From: an uncultured Muribaculum sp.
GTDB lineage: Bacteria > Bacteroidota > Bacteroidia > Bacteroidales > Muribaculaceae
Reading direction: 5' to 3'
Assembly (NCBI GenBank): GCA_964421745.1
Contig: CAYQYL010000002.1
Coordinates: 1-57,841 of the forward strand
Length of the DNA stretch: 57,841 nt
The notes beneath the pieces are model-generated. The model saw only the letters and a list, made by a program, of their open reading frames with translations. It was not told where the DNA came from and made no database searches. Every line of letters starts with the position of its first letter. Positions within the stretch are counted from its first letter, which is position 1. Of this stretch, positions 48,353 to 57,841 are shown one piece after another. A program made the position numbers and the translations under genes.

Positions 48353-48514
48353 AAATTATAGTTTTTAGGCTTATAATTAACGCAACTAATTGGCTGTTTA
48401 TTGTGTCGGCATATATGGTTGACATTCAATCAAGGAATAGCACGAATCAACAGGCTCGGAAATAATCGAATTATTACTATTTTTGCCGTACACAACTTTC
48501 AAATGAGAATGCCT

Positions 48515-48760
48515 ATGCAAAACAACAGAAACGTAATTTATTGGCTGGCATCTACCTTTACTGTAATGATTCTATTGCCATTTGCGGTAGAGAAGCTGGC
48601 TTCTGAATGTTCAGCAATGCTACTGTGTATGCTTATATTTTTGGCAATAAACCCCGGCTATTCCGCTTTGCTGGGCTTCAGTTGTGGGAAAAGTATACGC
48701 CGGATGTGGTATCTTCCATTAATCTTTTCAGTCGCATTTCTGATCGGGACGTGGCTCTAA
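48515..48760 (+). pseudogene. Small membrane protein, probably 3'-truncated
   Basis: Three hydrophobic segments, own TATTTTTG -7 at 48478, ends GTWL* overlapping the MATE stop by 4 bp. Confidence 0.45.
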
Positions 48761-50070
48761 ACACGGCGCACAGCCATCGGGAGAATCAAGGCAAGTATCA
48801 GCCCTCTGAGGGTGAGAAATGTCAGGAAAGCCAGCCATAGAACAGAGTTTCCATAAACGCCAAAGTGTTTTGTCAACACTATAATAACAAAATATGTCAC
48901 AGTTGCAGCGAATGTCGACAGTAACATACTGCGCGTAGCAGTCAGACCGATATAGACACCGTCGAACATAAATGCCGCCACCGACAGAACCGGCACCGCA
49001 CAAACAACCCACTTCAATTCATCGACTCCGGCTACTACATCGGCGTTATCGGTCAGCAAACCAGTTATCTGGTGAGCCGCTCCGCCATATACTGCTAAGA
49101 ACAACACTGCCATTATCACGCACCACATTCCCAGATGACGTACCGTGCTCCATAACCCCGCGCGGTCGTGCGCACCGGCATATTTGCCACACAATGCCTC
49201 GCCACTGAACGCAAATCCGTCCATGAAATAAGAAAAGAACATAAAAAATTGCATTATAACGGCATTGACGGCAAGGGTCATATCGCCCATACGGCCTCCG
49301 AATGCTGTCATCGCGTAAGGCACGACAAGTATACACGCCGAACGCAACATAAGGTCGGTGTTCACTCTAAAGAATCGGCGCAGATCAATATTCGAAGAAA
49401 ACGCTTTCAACCCACGCAACAATTTGCGTTCGCCTGACAAACGCTGTGCAAGCGCGAGCGAAATCAACAGGCCACACCAGTTTGCTGTCAGTGTCCCTAC
49501 GGCAACGCCAACAAACCCTACTTTGCCACCGAACACCAACGTAAAGCTCAACACAATATTTATCACATTGACCGATATAGCCACTATCATCGGATAAACC
49601 GTGTTCTGGTTTCCTATCATCCAGCCAGTGACAGTCATCGTGGCCAACAATGCCGGAGCAGACATTACAACCAACATGAAATAGCGCACGGCGAGCATGC
49701 CGGTATACTCCGGCACACCCAATATAGCGATCATCAGTTTCGAAAGTGGATAACTCAACACTATCAGCGCCACACCTATCGCCATTGCAAGCACGAACGA
49801 AACGGTGAAGATGTTGCGGCTCAGCTCGTCGTCGCCACGTCCGTAGGCTTCTGCGCTCAACCCGGTTGTACCCGCACGCAAAAAGCCAAACAGCCAGAAG
49901 ACAGCATTACACATTATTGTTCCGGCAGCAACGGCGCCCATGTAATGTACCGAACCCATGTGGCCGGTGATAAATGTATCGCTGAGTCCCAGCAGGGGCA
50001 CTGTAATGTTGCTGAATATCGCCGGAACTGCAAGACGTAATATGTCGCGATCAATCTTATTTCTGATCAT
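48757..50070 (-). CDS. MATE family efflux transporter (DinF-like)
   Basis: LAVPAIFSNITVPLLGLSDT, FLRAGTTG, YFMDGFA, FDGVYIG; about 12 TM segments. Confidence 0.92.
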   Translation of the reverse strand: MIRNKIDRDILRLAVPAIFSNITVPLLGLSDTFITGHMGSVHYMGAVAAGTIMCNAVFWLFGFLRAGTTGLSAEAYGRGDDELSRNIFTVSFVLAMAIGVALIVLSYPLSKLMIAILGVPEYTGMLAVRYFMLVVMSAPALLATMTVTGWMIGNQNTVYPMIVAISVNVINIVLSFTLVFGGKVGFVGVAVGTLTANWCGLLISLALAQRLSGERKLLRGLKAFSSNIDLRRFFRVNTDLMLRSACILVVPYAMTAFGGRMGDMTLAVNAVIMQFFMFFSYFMDGFAFSGEALCGKYAGAHDRAGLWSTVRHLGMWCVIMAVLFLAVYGGAAHQITGLLTDNADVVAGVDELKWVVCAVPVLSVAAFMFDGVYIGLTATRSMLLSTFAATVTYFVIIVLTKHFGVYGNSVLWLAFLTFLTLRGLILALILPMAVRRV

Positions 50071-51323
50071 TTTGCCAATACTTCATCGATAATTTTCCGG
50101 ACGTCGCGGTCGTAAACGCCCTCAACAGGAGATGCTCCCCCGACAGAACAATGCATTGTTCCGGTGCGGTCTATTATATAAAGTACAGGTGTCAGACCAC
50201 CGGTGAAATATGTGTCGACAACACTACTTTGCCGGTCGATTGCCACAGGAAACGATATCTTATATCGCTCTTTCAGATTAGAAAGAGCACCGGTCTGCAT
50301 TGTAGGTTCGCTATACACCCCCAACACCCTGACTCCGGCCGACGCATAATCGGCCGAGATCTTGTCGAGAACCGGCATTATCTGCCGGGCATGAGGACAG
50401 GTTGCTGACGTAACCAACAGCAGAAGAACCTTATCGCGATAGTCGGCCAGTCGCAATGTATCTCCACCGACTTCTATTAATTCAAAATCAGGAGCAGGCT
50501 TTGACGCAAGCCCATGACGCAGTTGCTTAATTGCTTCATATCGTTTCCATATTTCTCTTCCGTCGTTTTCAGAATCAAAACAAGGCGCGCCGTCGACATT
50601 AATCTTATCTATAGAAAATTCATCCGGGCTGAGGTCGCCGAACTCAATATTATTGATTTCCTGCACTTCAAGAAACGGAGGATTCCCTGACTGATAAGAT
50701 ATTCGTCTGGGAAGGCTGTCTGTTTTATTTATCAGCAACTCGTAGACACACTCCGGATAAGGGAACGACATCATCTCACGAGGTTTGCCATAGAAACATA
50801 TCCTGGCCACATCGCACGGAATATCGCCCGACACCAACCAGTTATCCCCGCAATCGGTGATGCTGATTTTTATGTCGCGATCCGAGGTCAGAAAATAGTC
50901 GAGAATCGAAGTCGCATGATTGAAAAATGGCGGGCTCACAGTCTTAAAGCCAAACGATATTCCGTCCGACCGGGTTATATACCCAGCCTTTTGACAATAA
51001 TAAACCGAGTCGCCGAAATAAGCCCTTGAGAACATCTTTTTTCCCTCATCTCTCGCAACATATTTGGCTAACAGGCTCGTATCTGCCGGATTCTTGCATT
51101 CAACGTATTCCGACTTTTTTTCGGATATATAAAACGAATCACCAGGAACATAAGTGCGCATAACTAACCCATATCGAACTGAATCGACCGCACTGACTGC
51201 CTTGAGAATCGAGCTGAGAAATTCCTTTGTCGACTCCGCGTTTCCTGCCGAAGCAGCCGGTTGCGCTGCAACCAACAATAAAGAAGTAGCCGCGAATAAT
51301 AATCCTAAATAAAATCGTTTCAT
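50067..51323 (-). CDS. Secreted protein with C-terminal TlpA/AhpC-TSA thioredoxin-like domain
   Basis: Signal peptide, APDFEL...LADYRDKV, TCPHA, TPVLYIIDRTG. ATGA overlap with the MATE gene. Confidence 0.75.
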   Translation of the reverse strand: MKRFYLGLLFAATSLLLVAAQPAASAGNAESTKEFLSSILKAVSAVDSVRYGLVMRTYVPGDSFYISEKKSEYVECKNPADTSLLAKYVARDEGKKMFSRAYFGDSVYYCQKAGYITRSDGISFGFKTVSPPFFNHATSILDYFLTSDRDIKISITDCGDNWLVSGDIPCDVARICFYGKPREMMSFPYPECVYELLINKTDSLPRRISYQSGNPPFLEVQEINNIEFGDLSPDEFSIDKINVDGAPCFDSENDGREIWKRYEAIKQLRHGLASKPAPDFELIEVGGDTLRLADYRDKVLLLLVTSATCPHARQIMPVLDKISADYASAGVRVLGVYSEPTMQTGALSNLKERYKISFPVAIDRQSSVVDTYFTGGLTPVLYIIDRTGTMHCSVGGASPVEGVYDRDVRKIIDEVLAK

Positions 51324-51489
51324 AATACTTCGGTTTTTTTTGCAGATTGCCCAGCAATACACTGCTCAATCTTGATATCCATTTGCTAAATTACGCATTA
51401 ATAGCGAATAACGCACAATTATTCTTTCGAATTATTTGTAACATGTTCATTTTTGTTGTATCTTGCAACAAAATAAATCCTAAACAGCG

Positions 51490-53400
51490 ATGTGCAAAAC
51501 CCTATCTAAATTTTTCTTCGCCTCACTGGCAGTTATATTCTCTGTAGTGCCGGCATTTGCTTCAGTGAACCTGTACTTCAACATTCCGACAGCCAATCAA
51601 ATGAACATCAGCCTTAACAACGACGATGAATACACGATTGTCACAGCCGGAACCGATCCGTTTGTATCCACTACAGGTTTACTCCGCTCTTTAGCCGACG
51701 ATGAGGTTTTGCTCACGTTCGAATATTGCAGCACGGCGGCAACCGACCATCTTCAGTTCTTCTTCGGTCCGTCATACTCCGAGTTGCGTTCGAAACGCTG
51801 TGCCGGGCTGCCAAAATCGCCGGGCTGGTCAACCTATACATTAAATATCTCCGAAGAAATACGCAACTTTGTGTGGGGTGCACAAAGTTCATTCATGCGC
51901 TTCGATTTCGGTGCCACTCCGGGCGTAGGAATCATTATACGACACATCCGCATCACATCGGTTGACAACGATCCGGGGTGGACTCCCGACAACCGCAACC
52001 CCTCTTTCGACGAAACGCTGCAGCTTGGTCTTCCGGTGATCGACATCACAACCGTCAACAACGAGGAACCGAAGTGCGACTATGTGCAGGCACCACCCGG
52101 GAGCATCGGAGCCGGCATCCGCAATGCAACCAAAGTGCCCGGACGCGTATGCCGTTATGAGCCCGACGGAACGCTCTCTTTCGACAGCGGCGACTACCTG
52201 AAAGGCGAAACCGGAATGACAATAAAAATCCGTGGCAATACAAGTGCCTACCAAGCACGCAAACCTTACAAAATCAAACTGCAATCGAAAGCCGACCTGC
52301 TTGCACGAGGCAATAAGAAATTCAATGACAAAAACTGGCTGCTGCTCAACGACTACGACATGATGCACCGCAACGGTTACTGGGTCAACGAACTGATCGG
52401 TATGGACTGGACTCCGCAGAGTCAATATGTCAACGTCCGCATTAACAACGAGTATCGCGGCGTTTATCTGCTCTGCGAAGCAGTCGAGCGCAACACCGAC
52501 TGCCGCATCGATGTGTCGAAAAACGGTTTCATAACCGAGCTCGACGCCTACTGGTGGAACGAAGACGGCTATGTTCCCTCCAACGCAAGTCCGACTTGGA
52601 ACTACACATTCAAATACCCCGACTACGAAGATATCACTCCCGAACAACTGAAATATGCCGCAAACGCCATGGCACAGTTCGAGCATTCGGTTCAAACCGG
52701 CATGTACCATTACTACATAGACAGCGAAACCTTCGCTGCCTGGGCAATGGGACACGACATTCTCGGCACAATCGACTACGGCGGATCAAACATGTATTTC
52801 TCTAAATACGACAACACTACAAATTCAAAAATACGGCGTCCGACAATGTGGGACTTCGACTCAAGCGAACAGAGTGCCGACTCATGGAGCAACACCCACC
52901 TGCACCATCACGGCCAGCTGTTTAAGAACCGAAACACCACCTTTGTCCGCGCCTTCGCACGCCTGTGGCAATACACCGGTCAGTTTGTGTGCGACAAAAT
53001 GGTTGAACGCCTATACGAGTTCAAACAAAGCGAGGAAGCAGCCGCCTACGATCGCTCGGCAACTGCCACCAATCTTCATTGGGGACTTTCGCTTAAACCC
53101 TCAGCACAGTGCACCCTGCGTTCAATCAACTGGTACAAAACACGTGGCAAATGGTTGTCAAAAGCCATGCAGGCCTTCAGCGACTATTTCGAAACCACCG
53201 GCACCGACAACATCGAATCTGAAACTGCAGTTATGGTGAATGGCCGTACAATCAACACCGCCGACTCTTCTCCATTTTCGGTTCACACTACCGACGGACG
53301 CACTATTGTCAGACAATCGACCACACCGGTCGAAATCGCTGTACCCGGACTCTACATCATCGTCCACCGCTCCGGCACCCAAAAGATCATCATCCATTAA
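51490..53400 (+). CDS. CotH kinase family protein, secreted, with T9SS-like C-terminal domain
   Basis: Signal peptide, LPVIDI, KIRGNTS, KPYKIKL, NWLLL, YRGVYLLCE, MWDFD, tail TGTDNI...PGLYII...KIIIH. Confidence 0.85.
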   Translation: MCKTLSKFFFASLAVIFSVVPAFASVNLYFNIPTANQMNISLNNDDEYTIVTAGTDPFVSTTGLLRSLADDEVLLTFEYCSTAATDHLQFFFGPSYSELRSKRCAGLPKSPGWSTYTLNISEEIRNFVWGAQSSFMRFDFGATPGVGIIIRHIRITSVDNDPGWTPDNRNPSFDETLQLGLPVIDITTVNNEEPKCDYVQAPPGSIGAGIRNATKVPGRVCRYEPDGTLSFDSGDYLKGETGMTIKIRGNTSAYQARKPYKIKLQSKADLLARGNKKFNDKNWLLLNDYDMMHRNGYWVNELIGMDWTPQSQYVNVRINNEYRGVYLLCEAVERNTDCRIDVSKNGFITELDAYWWNEDGYVPSNASPTWNYTFKYPDYEDITPEQLKYAANAMAQFEHSVQTGMYHYYIDSETFAAWAMGHDILGTIDYGGSNMYFSKYDNTTNSKIRRPTMWDFDSSEQSADSWSNTHLHHHGQLFKNRNTTFVRAFARLWQYTGQFVCDKMVERLYEFKQSEEAAAYDRSATATNLHWGLSLKPSAQCTLRSINWYKTRGKWLSKAMQAFSDYFETTGTDNIESETAVMVNGRTINTADSSPFSVHTTDGRTIVRQSTTPVEIAVPGLYIIVHRSGTQKIIIH

Positions 53401-54264
53401 GAGCGTGTTTGATAAAAAAAGTTAACGGCGGGGTTGCATATCGCGGAGGGATTTTGATTGTGCGGGCGAGGGAGCGTAGCGAGCTACGTGACTGAGCCAA
53501 ACGGCCAAAAGCACCCGCGATATGCAATCTATAGGGAATATTCTTCAACTTAGCGCGTTAATCTTGCGTGAAAAACATAATATTACTAAACGCCACACAA
53601 AAACGGTGGCTGAAATGATATTGCAAGATTTATTCTATATCATTAAATATTAAATCATTAGAAGGTATTCTTTATCTGCTACGCACAGGTTGTCAATGGC
53701 GATTATTGCCACCTCAATTTGGAGCGTGGCAAACCATCTGTCACCAGTATCGGAGTTGGAGCGAGCGCCCATGGTTTGGACGGATGTTGCGACACTTGCT
53801 TCACCAACGGCGTAAACGTAATAAAAAGCATCCAAACCCATCTACCGTTGTTTTGGACAGTCAAAGCAGCCGATCGGGATTATCGTCTTCCGAAAAAGGA
53901 ATTGACACAAATGCATCAAAGCAATAAAACGGCATATTGCCGTTGACTCCGACGGAGATGTGCAGTGCGTAAAGTCAAATTTCGGCACTTCGGAATTTGT
54001 CCAGCTTGAATGGCGGTGGGTGGTAGAGCGTACAATTGCTTGGTTAGATAATCTCCGCAGACTCTGTCGCAACTACGAACACGCCTATCATACAGCACGA
54101 TGTATGATTCGTATGGCAATGTTTATCATTCTGATAAAACATCTTTAGAGTCAGAGACACTTTCCACGTTTCAACTTCCATTATTTTAACTATTGCAAGG
54201 CGGTGATTGAGAAGAAAATACCATCGCCTCGGCCCCTCGTTAACTTTTCTTGTCAAACACGCTC
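53401..54264. mobile_element. Degenerate IS5-family insertion sequence (864 bp)
   Basis: Terminal inverted repeats gagcgtgtttgataaaaaaagttaacg / cgttaacttttcttgtcaaacacgctc, TAA on both flanks, internal transposase fragments. Confidence 0.88.
53619..54148 (+). pseudogene. IS5 transposase remnant (frameshift and internal deletion)
   Basis: ILYLLRTGCQWRLLP and VLDSQS in one frame; KRHIAVDSDG joined almost directly to RWVVERTIAWL in another; no intact start. Confidence 0.85.
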
Positions 54265-54328
54265 TAAATCACATAAAACCAACCTGTTTTGCAAATTGTT
54301 AATGTATTGACATCAATCGACATTAACA

Positions 54329-54691
54329 ATGAAACAGGTTATTGAACTCAAACGCGCCTACGACCCGGAATCGTCAACCGACGGTTTCCGGGTTTATATC
54401 GACCGTCTTTGGCCGCGCGGTCTGTCGCACGAAACATTCCACTACGATCTCTGGGAGAAAAACATCTCCCCGTCGACCCAACTCCGCGAGTGGTTTCACG
54501 CAGACCCCGATCACCGTTGGAATGAATTTGTCGAACGCTATCATCAGGAATTAGCAACTAATCCCGAGTTCAGCAAATTCCTGAATTCGATTGCCGGAAA
54601 ACCTGTTGTTACGCTACTCTACTCATCGCACGACCTCGCCCATAACAACGCTGTCGTGGTGCGAGAGGCTATCGCCAACAAAAATTCTTAA
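54329..54691 (+). CDS. DUF488 family protein (YeaO-like)
   Basis: KRAYD, DGFRVYIDRLWPRG, PSTQLREWF, TLLY, HNNAVV. Confidence 0.88.
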   Translation: MKQVIELKRAYDPESSTDGFRVYIDRLWPRGLSHETFHYDLWEKNISPSTQLREWFHADPDHRWNEFVERYHQELATNPEFSKFLNSIAGKPVVTLLYSSHDLAHNNAVVVREAIANKNS

Positions 54692-54706
54692 CCGTTCATA
54701 TATAAT

Positions 54707-54736
54707 AAAATCGGGGCACCCGATTGGGCACCCCGA
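54707..54736 (-). terminator. Terminator of the LRR gene
   Basis: Minus-strand stem tcggggtgccc/gggtgccccga (G-U pairs) followed by TTTT. Confidence 0.65.
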
Positions 54737-54775
54737 CTGTCTGTTTCTGCGTCAGCAGACAAATTCCGACTTGCT

Positions 54776-57131
54776 TTATTTCACAAGTTCTTTACTTGTC
54801 TTAACTGTTCCGTCGGCATACACTGTGCGAACAACATAGAGTGTATTTGCAGCAGGAACAGCTACCTTACGGCCGGCTACATCGTAGTATTCAACCGATA
54901 CGGCCTCTCCGGCAGCCTCAACTGTGTCGATGCCTGATGTCGCAATATCGAATACACCTTTGTTCAACATCGACAGTTCTTCCTGTGCCGAAAAACCTTT
55001 GATAGTGTACACGTGCTCGGAATTATTTGCGAGATTGCTGAATGTATAGCTAACGTTACTTGCAGCAGCTTTCTCGCCCTCGATTGTGGCAACTTCAACA
55101 TCGTCGAGCAGGATGACATAACGAACAGGTGTACCACCATAGATGTCGTCAGAATATGTTTCCCAGCTGACGGTAGCAGAATTTCCGCTTACTGTCACCG
55201 ATGCAGGCATTGGCAGAACATCTTCGAAAGTCATATTCGGATACAGACTTTCCCATGCAGCTTTATATGCTTCGGCTGTTCCCTTAGGACATTTAACCAC
55301 TGAAGCGACTGCTATTGTGTTTTGACCATTAAGAACCGGAGGGATGGGCGCAAAGCAATAGAGTGCTTTCAGGTTGTTGCAGCCCGAACCAAGAGGCGAA
55401 AGTTCTACAAGAGTCGAAGGCAGGCTGATCCATTCGGCCGATGAGCAAGAACCCATCACCGAGAAGGCGCTTTCGCCCACGATACCGATATTCTTAAGTC
55501 CTTCCGGGAAGAGCATCGATGATATTCCCAGTGCTGACAGAGAGTTATTACCCAGCACTACATTATAAGCATTGTTGTTGGGCATACGCACCGATTTAAT
55601 GCCACGGCACATGAAGAACGCTGTGTTTCCGATTTCTTCAAGTGAATTGGGGAAATCAAGAGCCTCCAGACTGTAGCTCATCGCAAAGGCCGACTGGCCA
55701 ATTGTTTTCAGATTGGGCGAGAATTTAACTCTCTTGATTGTCTGGTTCTGATTAAATGCAAATGCCAGAATATCCGTAACTGTTTCGGGCATCTCGCACT
55801 CTTCGCGTCCGCCGGCAAATGCCATAATTTCGGTCTGTGCCTTGTTGAGCAGACAACCTTTGTACCCGCTGTAATTCTTATTGCCTTCGGCTACATTAAT
55901 GTCGACAAGGCTTGTACACTGAGTGATCAAGCTGCCTCCGATCGAGTCAACTTTTTCCGGGATATTAAGCTCCTTGAGGCTTGAGCAATATTGGAAAGCA
56001 CCACCACCAAGCCAAATGAGCGATGAAGGCAGTTCGATTGATTCAAGACCGGTGCATCGGTTGAATGCATTTCCATGAATTTTCACAAATCCTTCAGGGA
56101 ATTTCAGAGATTTAATACTTTGACAGCCATAGAATGAGCTTTCGCCGATTTCCAACAAACCGTCGGGGAGTTTTACATCGGCCAGCGATGAACATCCATA
56201 GAATGTCGTGCCGGGAATAAAAGTCAGATGCTGAGGCCACTCAATCGAAGTCAGACCTGCGCAGCCATAGAACATACCATCCGAAACTGTCTTTATTCCA
56301 GCAGGGAATTTAAATTCTTTGATCGACGAACATTCATAGAAGGCATTCGCACCAAGCGTTTCAACTCCGGCAGGAAGGGTTACATCTTTCAGTGCCGCAC
56401 ATTTGAAGAAAGCCTGATTTCCTATTTCCTTGAGGCCTTCGGGAAACTCTACTGTTGCCAGTTTCGAACAGTTGCTAAATGCTCCCGTACCAATTGTTTT
56501 GAGTGTCGAAGGGAGTTTCAACGTTTCCATACCGCAATTGTAGAAAGCGTTACCTTCAATTGTTTCCAGGCCCTCGTTGAAATTGATTGTTTTAAGCGAG
56601 GTGTTATTCTGGAAAGCCGTATTGGCAAGAGTTTTCAGCGCTGCAGGCAAAGTTAACTCAACCAAGCTTGAACATGTTGAAAAGCCAAACGAGTTAATGG
56701 TAGTAAGATTTTCAGGCAACACCAGCGAGGTCAGACCTGTACAGGTTGAAAAGCAACTCTGTTCAACAACTGTAAGAGTTTTGGGTAGCGAAACAGAGGT
56801 CAGGCCCGAACATTTATAGAACGACCATTTGCCAACTTCAGTAACGCCTTCTTCAACTACTAATGTTGCAAGGTTTGTACATTCCTGAAATGCCTGCTGG
56901 CCCACAGCTGTCACTGTATATTCGACATTGTCGACTGTCACTTTGCCAGGAATAGTAACCGACGTAAATTCTTTATACGCCTCGTTGCGGGCAACAGTTG
57001 CTGTTTTCGCATCCTGATTCAGATCTATAGTACAAGTTCCCGACCTGCACTGCATCAGCCCATGCGGACGCGGCCAAAAACAGGCTCAAGCACACACCGG
57101 CTGTGCGATAGAATTTCACAAATTTGTTCAT
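54776..57131 (-). pseudogene. BspA-type leucine-rich repeat surface protein with T9SS-like CTD, +1 frameshift near 57026
   Basis: Many LxxIGxxAFxxCxxL repeats, CTD SGIDTV...YYDVAGRKV...K. Signal peptide MNKFVKF...ASAWA starts at 57131 in a different frame that stops at 56973. Confidence 0.8.
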
Positions 57132-57417
57132 AGGGATTCTGATTGATTATTAACTGAAATAATTACAAATACTTTCTGAGTAAATACTGAATTTTATGCT
57201 CTATTTATTGGATATTGCTCGTTGAATTTACATATTGCACCGCAAATTTAATAAAATTAAGTATAAATTGCACTATTTATCAATTTTATTTTCAACATTG
57301 AACCTGATTTCTGTGTTTTTCTTTCAGTTTGACTTGAACCGAACATTTGCTTAAGTTAAAAAATGTTCATTACGGAAATTTTTCTTTATTTTATTATCCG
57401 CGCTTAAAAAAAAGTAT

Positions 57418-57425
57418 TACCTTTG
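57418..57425 (+). promoter_or_regulatory. Bacteroidetes -7 promoter element for pckA
   Basis: TACCTTTG matches TAnnTTTG about 100 bp before the ATG. Confidence 0.6.
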
Positions 57426-57525
57426 CGTCGAAATTAACTTTCGGCGCCTATGTATCACTTATTCAAAGTCGAAAGAATTCGCCAAGAAAGTATATATTTA
57501 TCTACATATTAAAGTTTTACGCAAA

Positions 57526-57841
57526 ATGAGCAAACTCGATCTTACCCAGTATGGTATCAAAGATACCGTTGAAATCGTGCACAACCCTTCTTATGAAGAG
57601 CTGTTCAAGGAAGAGACTCTCGCCTCGCTGGAAGGTTACGAAAAAGGTACACTCACCGAACTCGGCGCAGTAAATGTGATGACAGGTGTTTACACCGGCC
57701 GCTCACCCAAAGACAAATTCATTGTCATGGATGAAACTTCGAAGAACACCGTATGGTGGACTTCCGACGAATATAAGAACGACAACAAACCTGTGACTGA
57801 AGCCACATGGAAAGTCGTTAAAGACCTCGCTGCAAAAGAAC
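57526..57841 (+). CDS. pckA: Phosphoenolpyruvate carboxykinase (ATP), 5' part
   Basis: [11 protein letters not shown]...HNPSYEELF...[15 protein letters not shown]; runs off the window. Confidence 0.95.
   Translation, partial: MSKLDLTQYGIKDTVEIVHNPSYEELFKEETLASLEGYEKGTLTELGAVNVMTGVYTGRSPKDKFIVMDETSKNTVWWTSDEYKNDNKPVTEATWKVVKDLAAKE

Noticed and set aside
54776-57055. ORF-track start MQCRSG for the LRR protein
   Set aside because: No signal peptide in that frame; the real N-terminus is at 57131 in another frame.

Overview
Bacteroidales chromosomal window, probably Muribaculaceae-like (inferred from gene content, T9SS-type C-terminal tails and TAnnTTTG -7 promoters). Housekeeping genes: PBP1A (partial), asnA, rubrerythrin, polA-recO, polyprenyl synthase, a leuA-leuC-leuD-cimA-leuB operon and pckA (partial). 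They flank a ~27 kb polysaccharide utilisation locus (13.3-40.2 kb) encoding GH92, GH38, a ROK kinase, an HTCS, ManA, SusC/SusD, a DUF1080-GH105 fusion, GH2, GH125, a retaining-type GH97 and an SGNH esterase. A TGT-N9-TGCCAAAA-n-TGTAT-like box sits 40-41 bp upstream of the -7 element at six PUL promoters, outlining a candidate HTCS regulon readable from sequence alone. Other notable items: a standalone GH2 with endo-beta-mannosidase-like motifs, a CPBP/CAAX homologue lacking catalytic residues, a 33-bp-period triple repeat, a 60-bp dispersed repeat, a secreted CotH kinase, a decayed IS5 inserted at the cotH stop codon, and a frameshifted BspA-like LRR gene. No rRNA, tRNA or CRISPR array was seen. 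All family calls come from motif recognition by eye, not from database searches.
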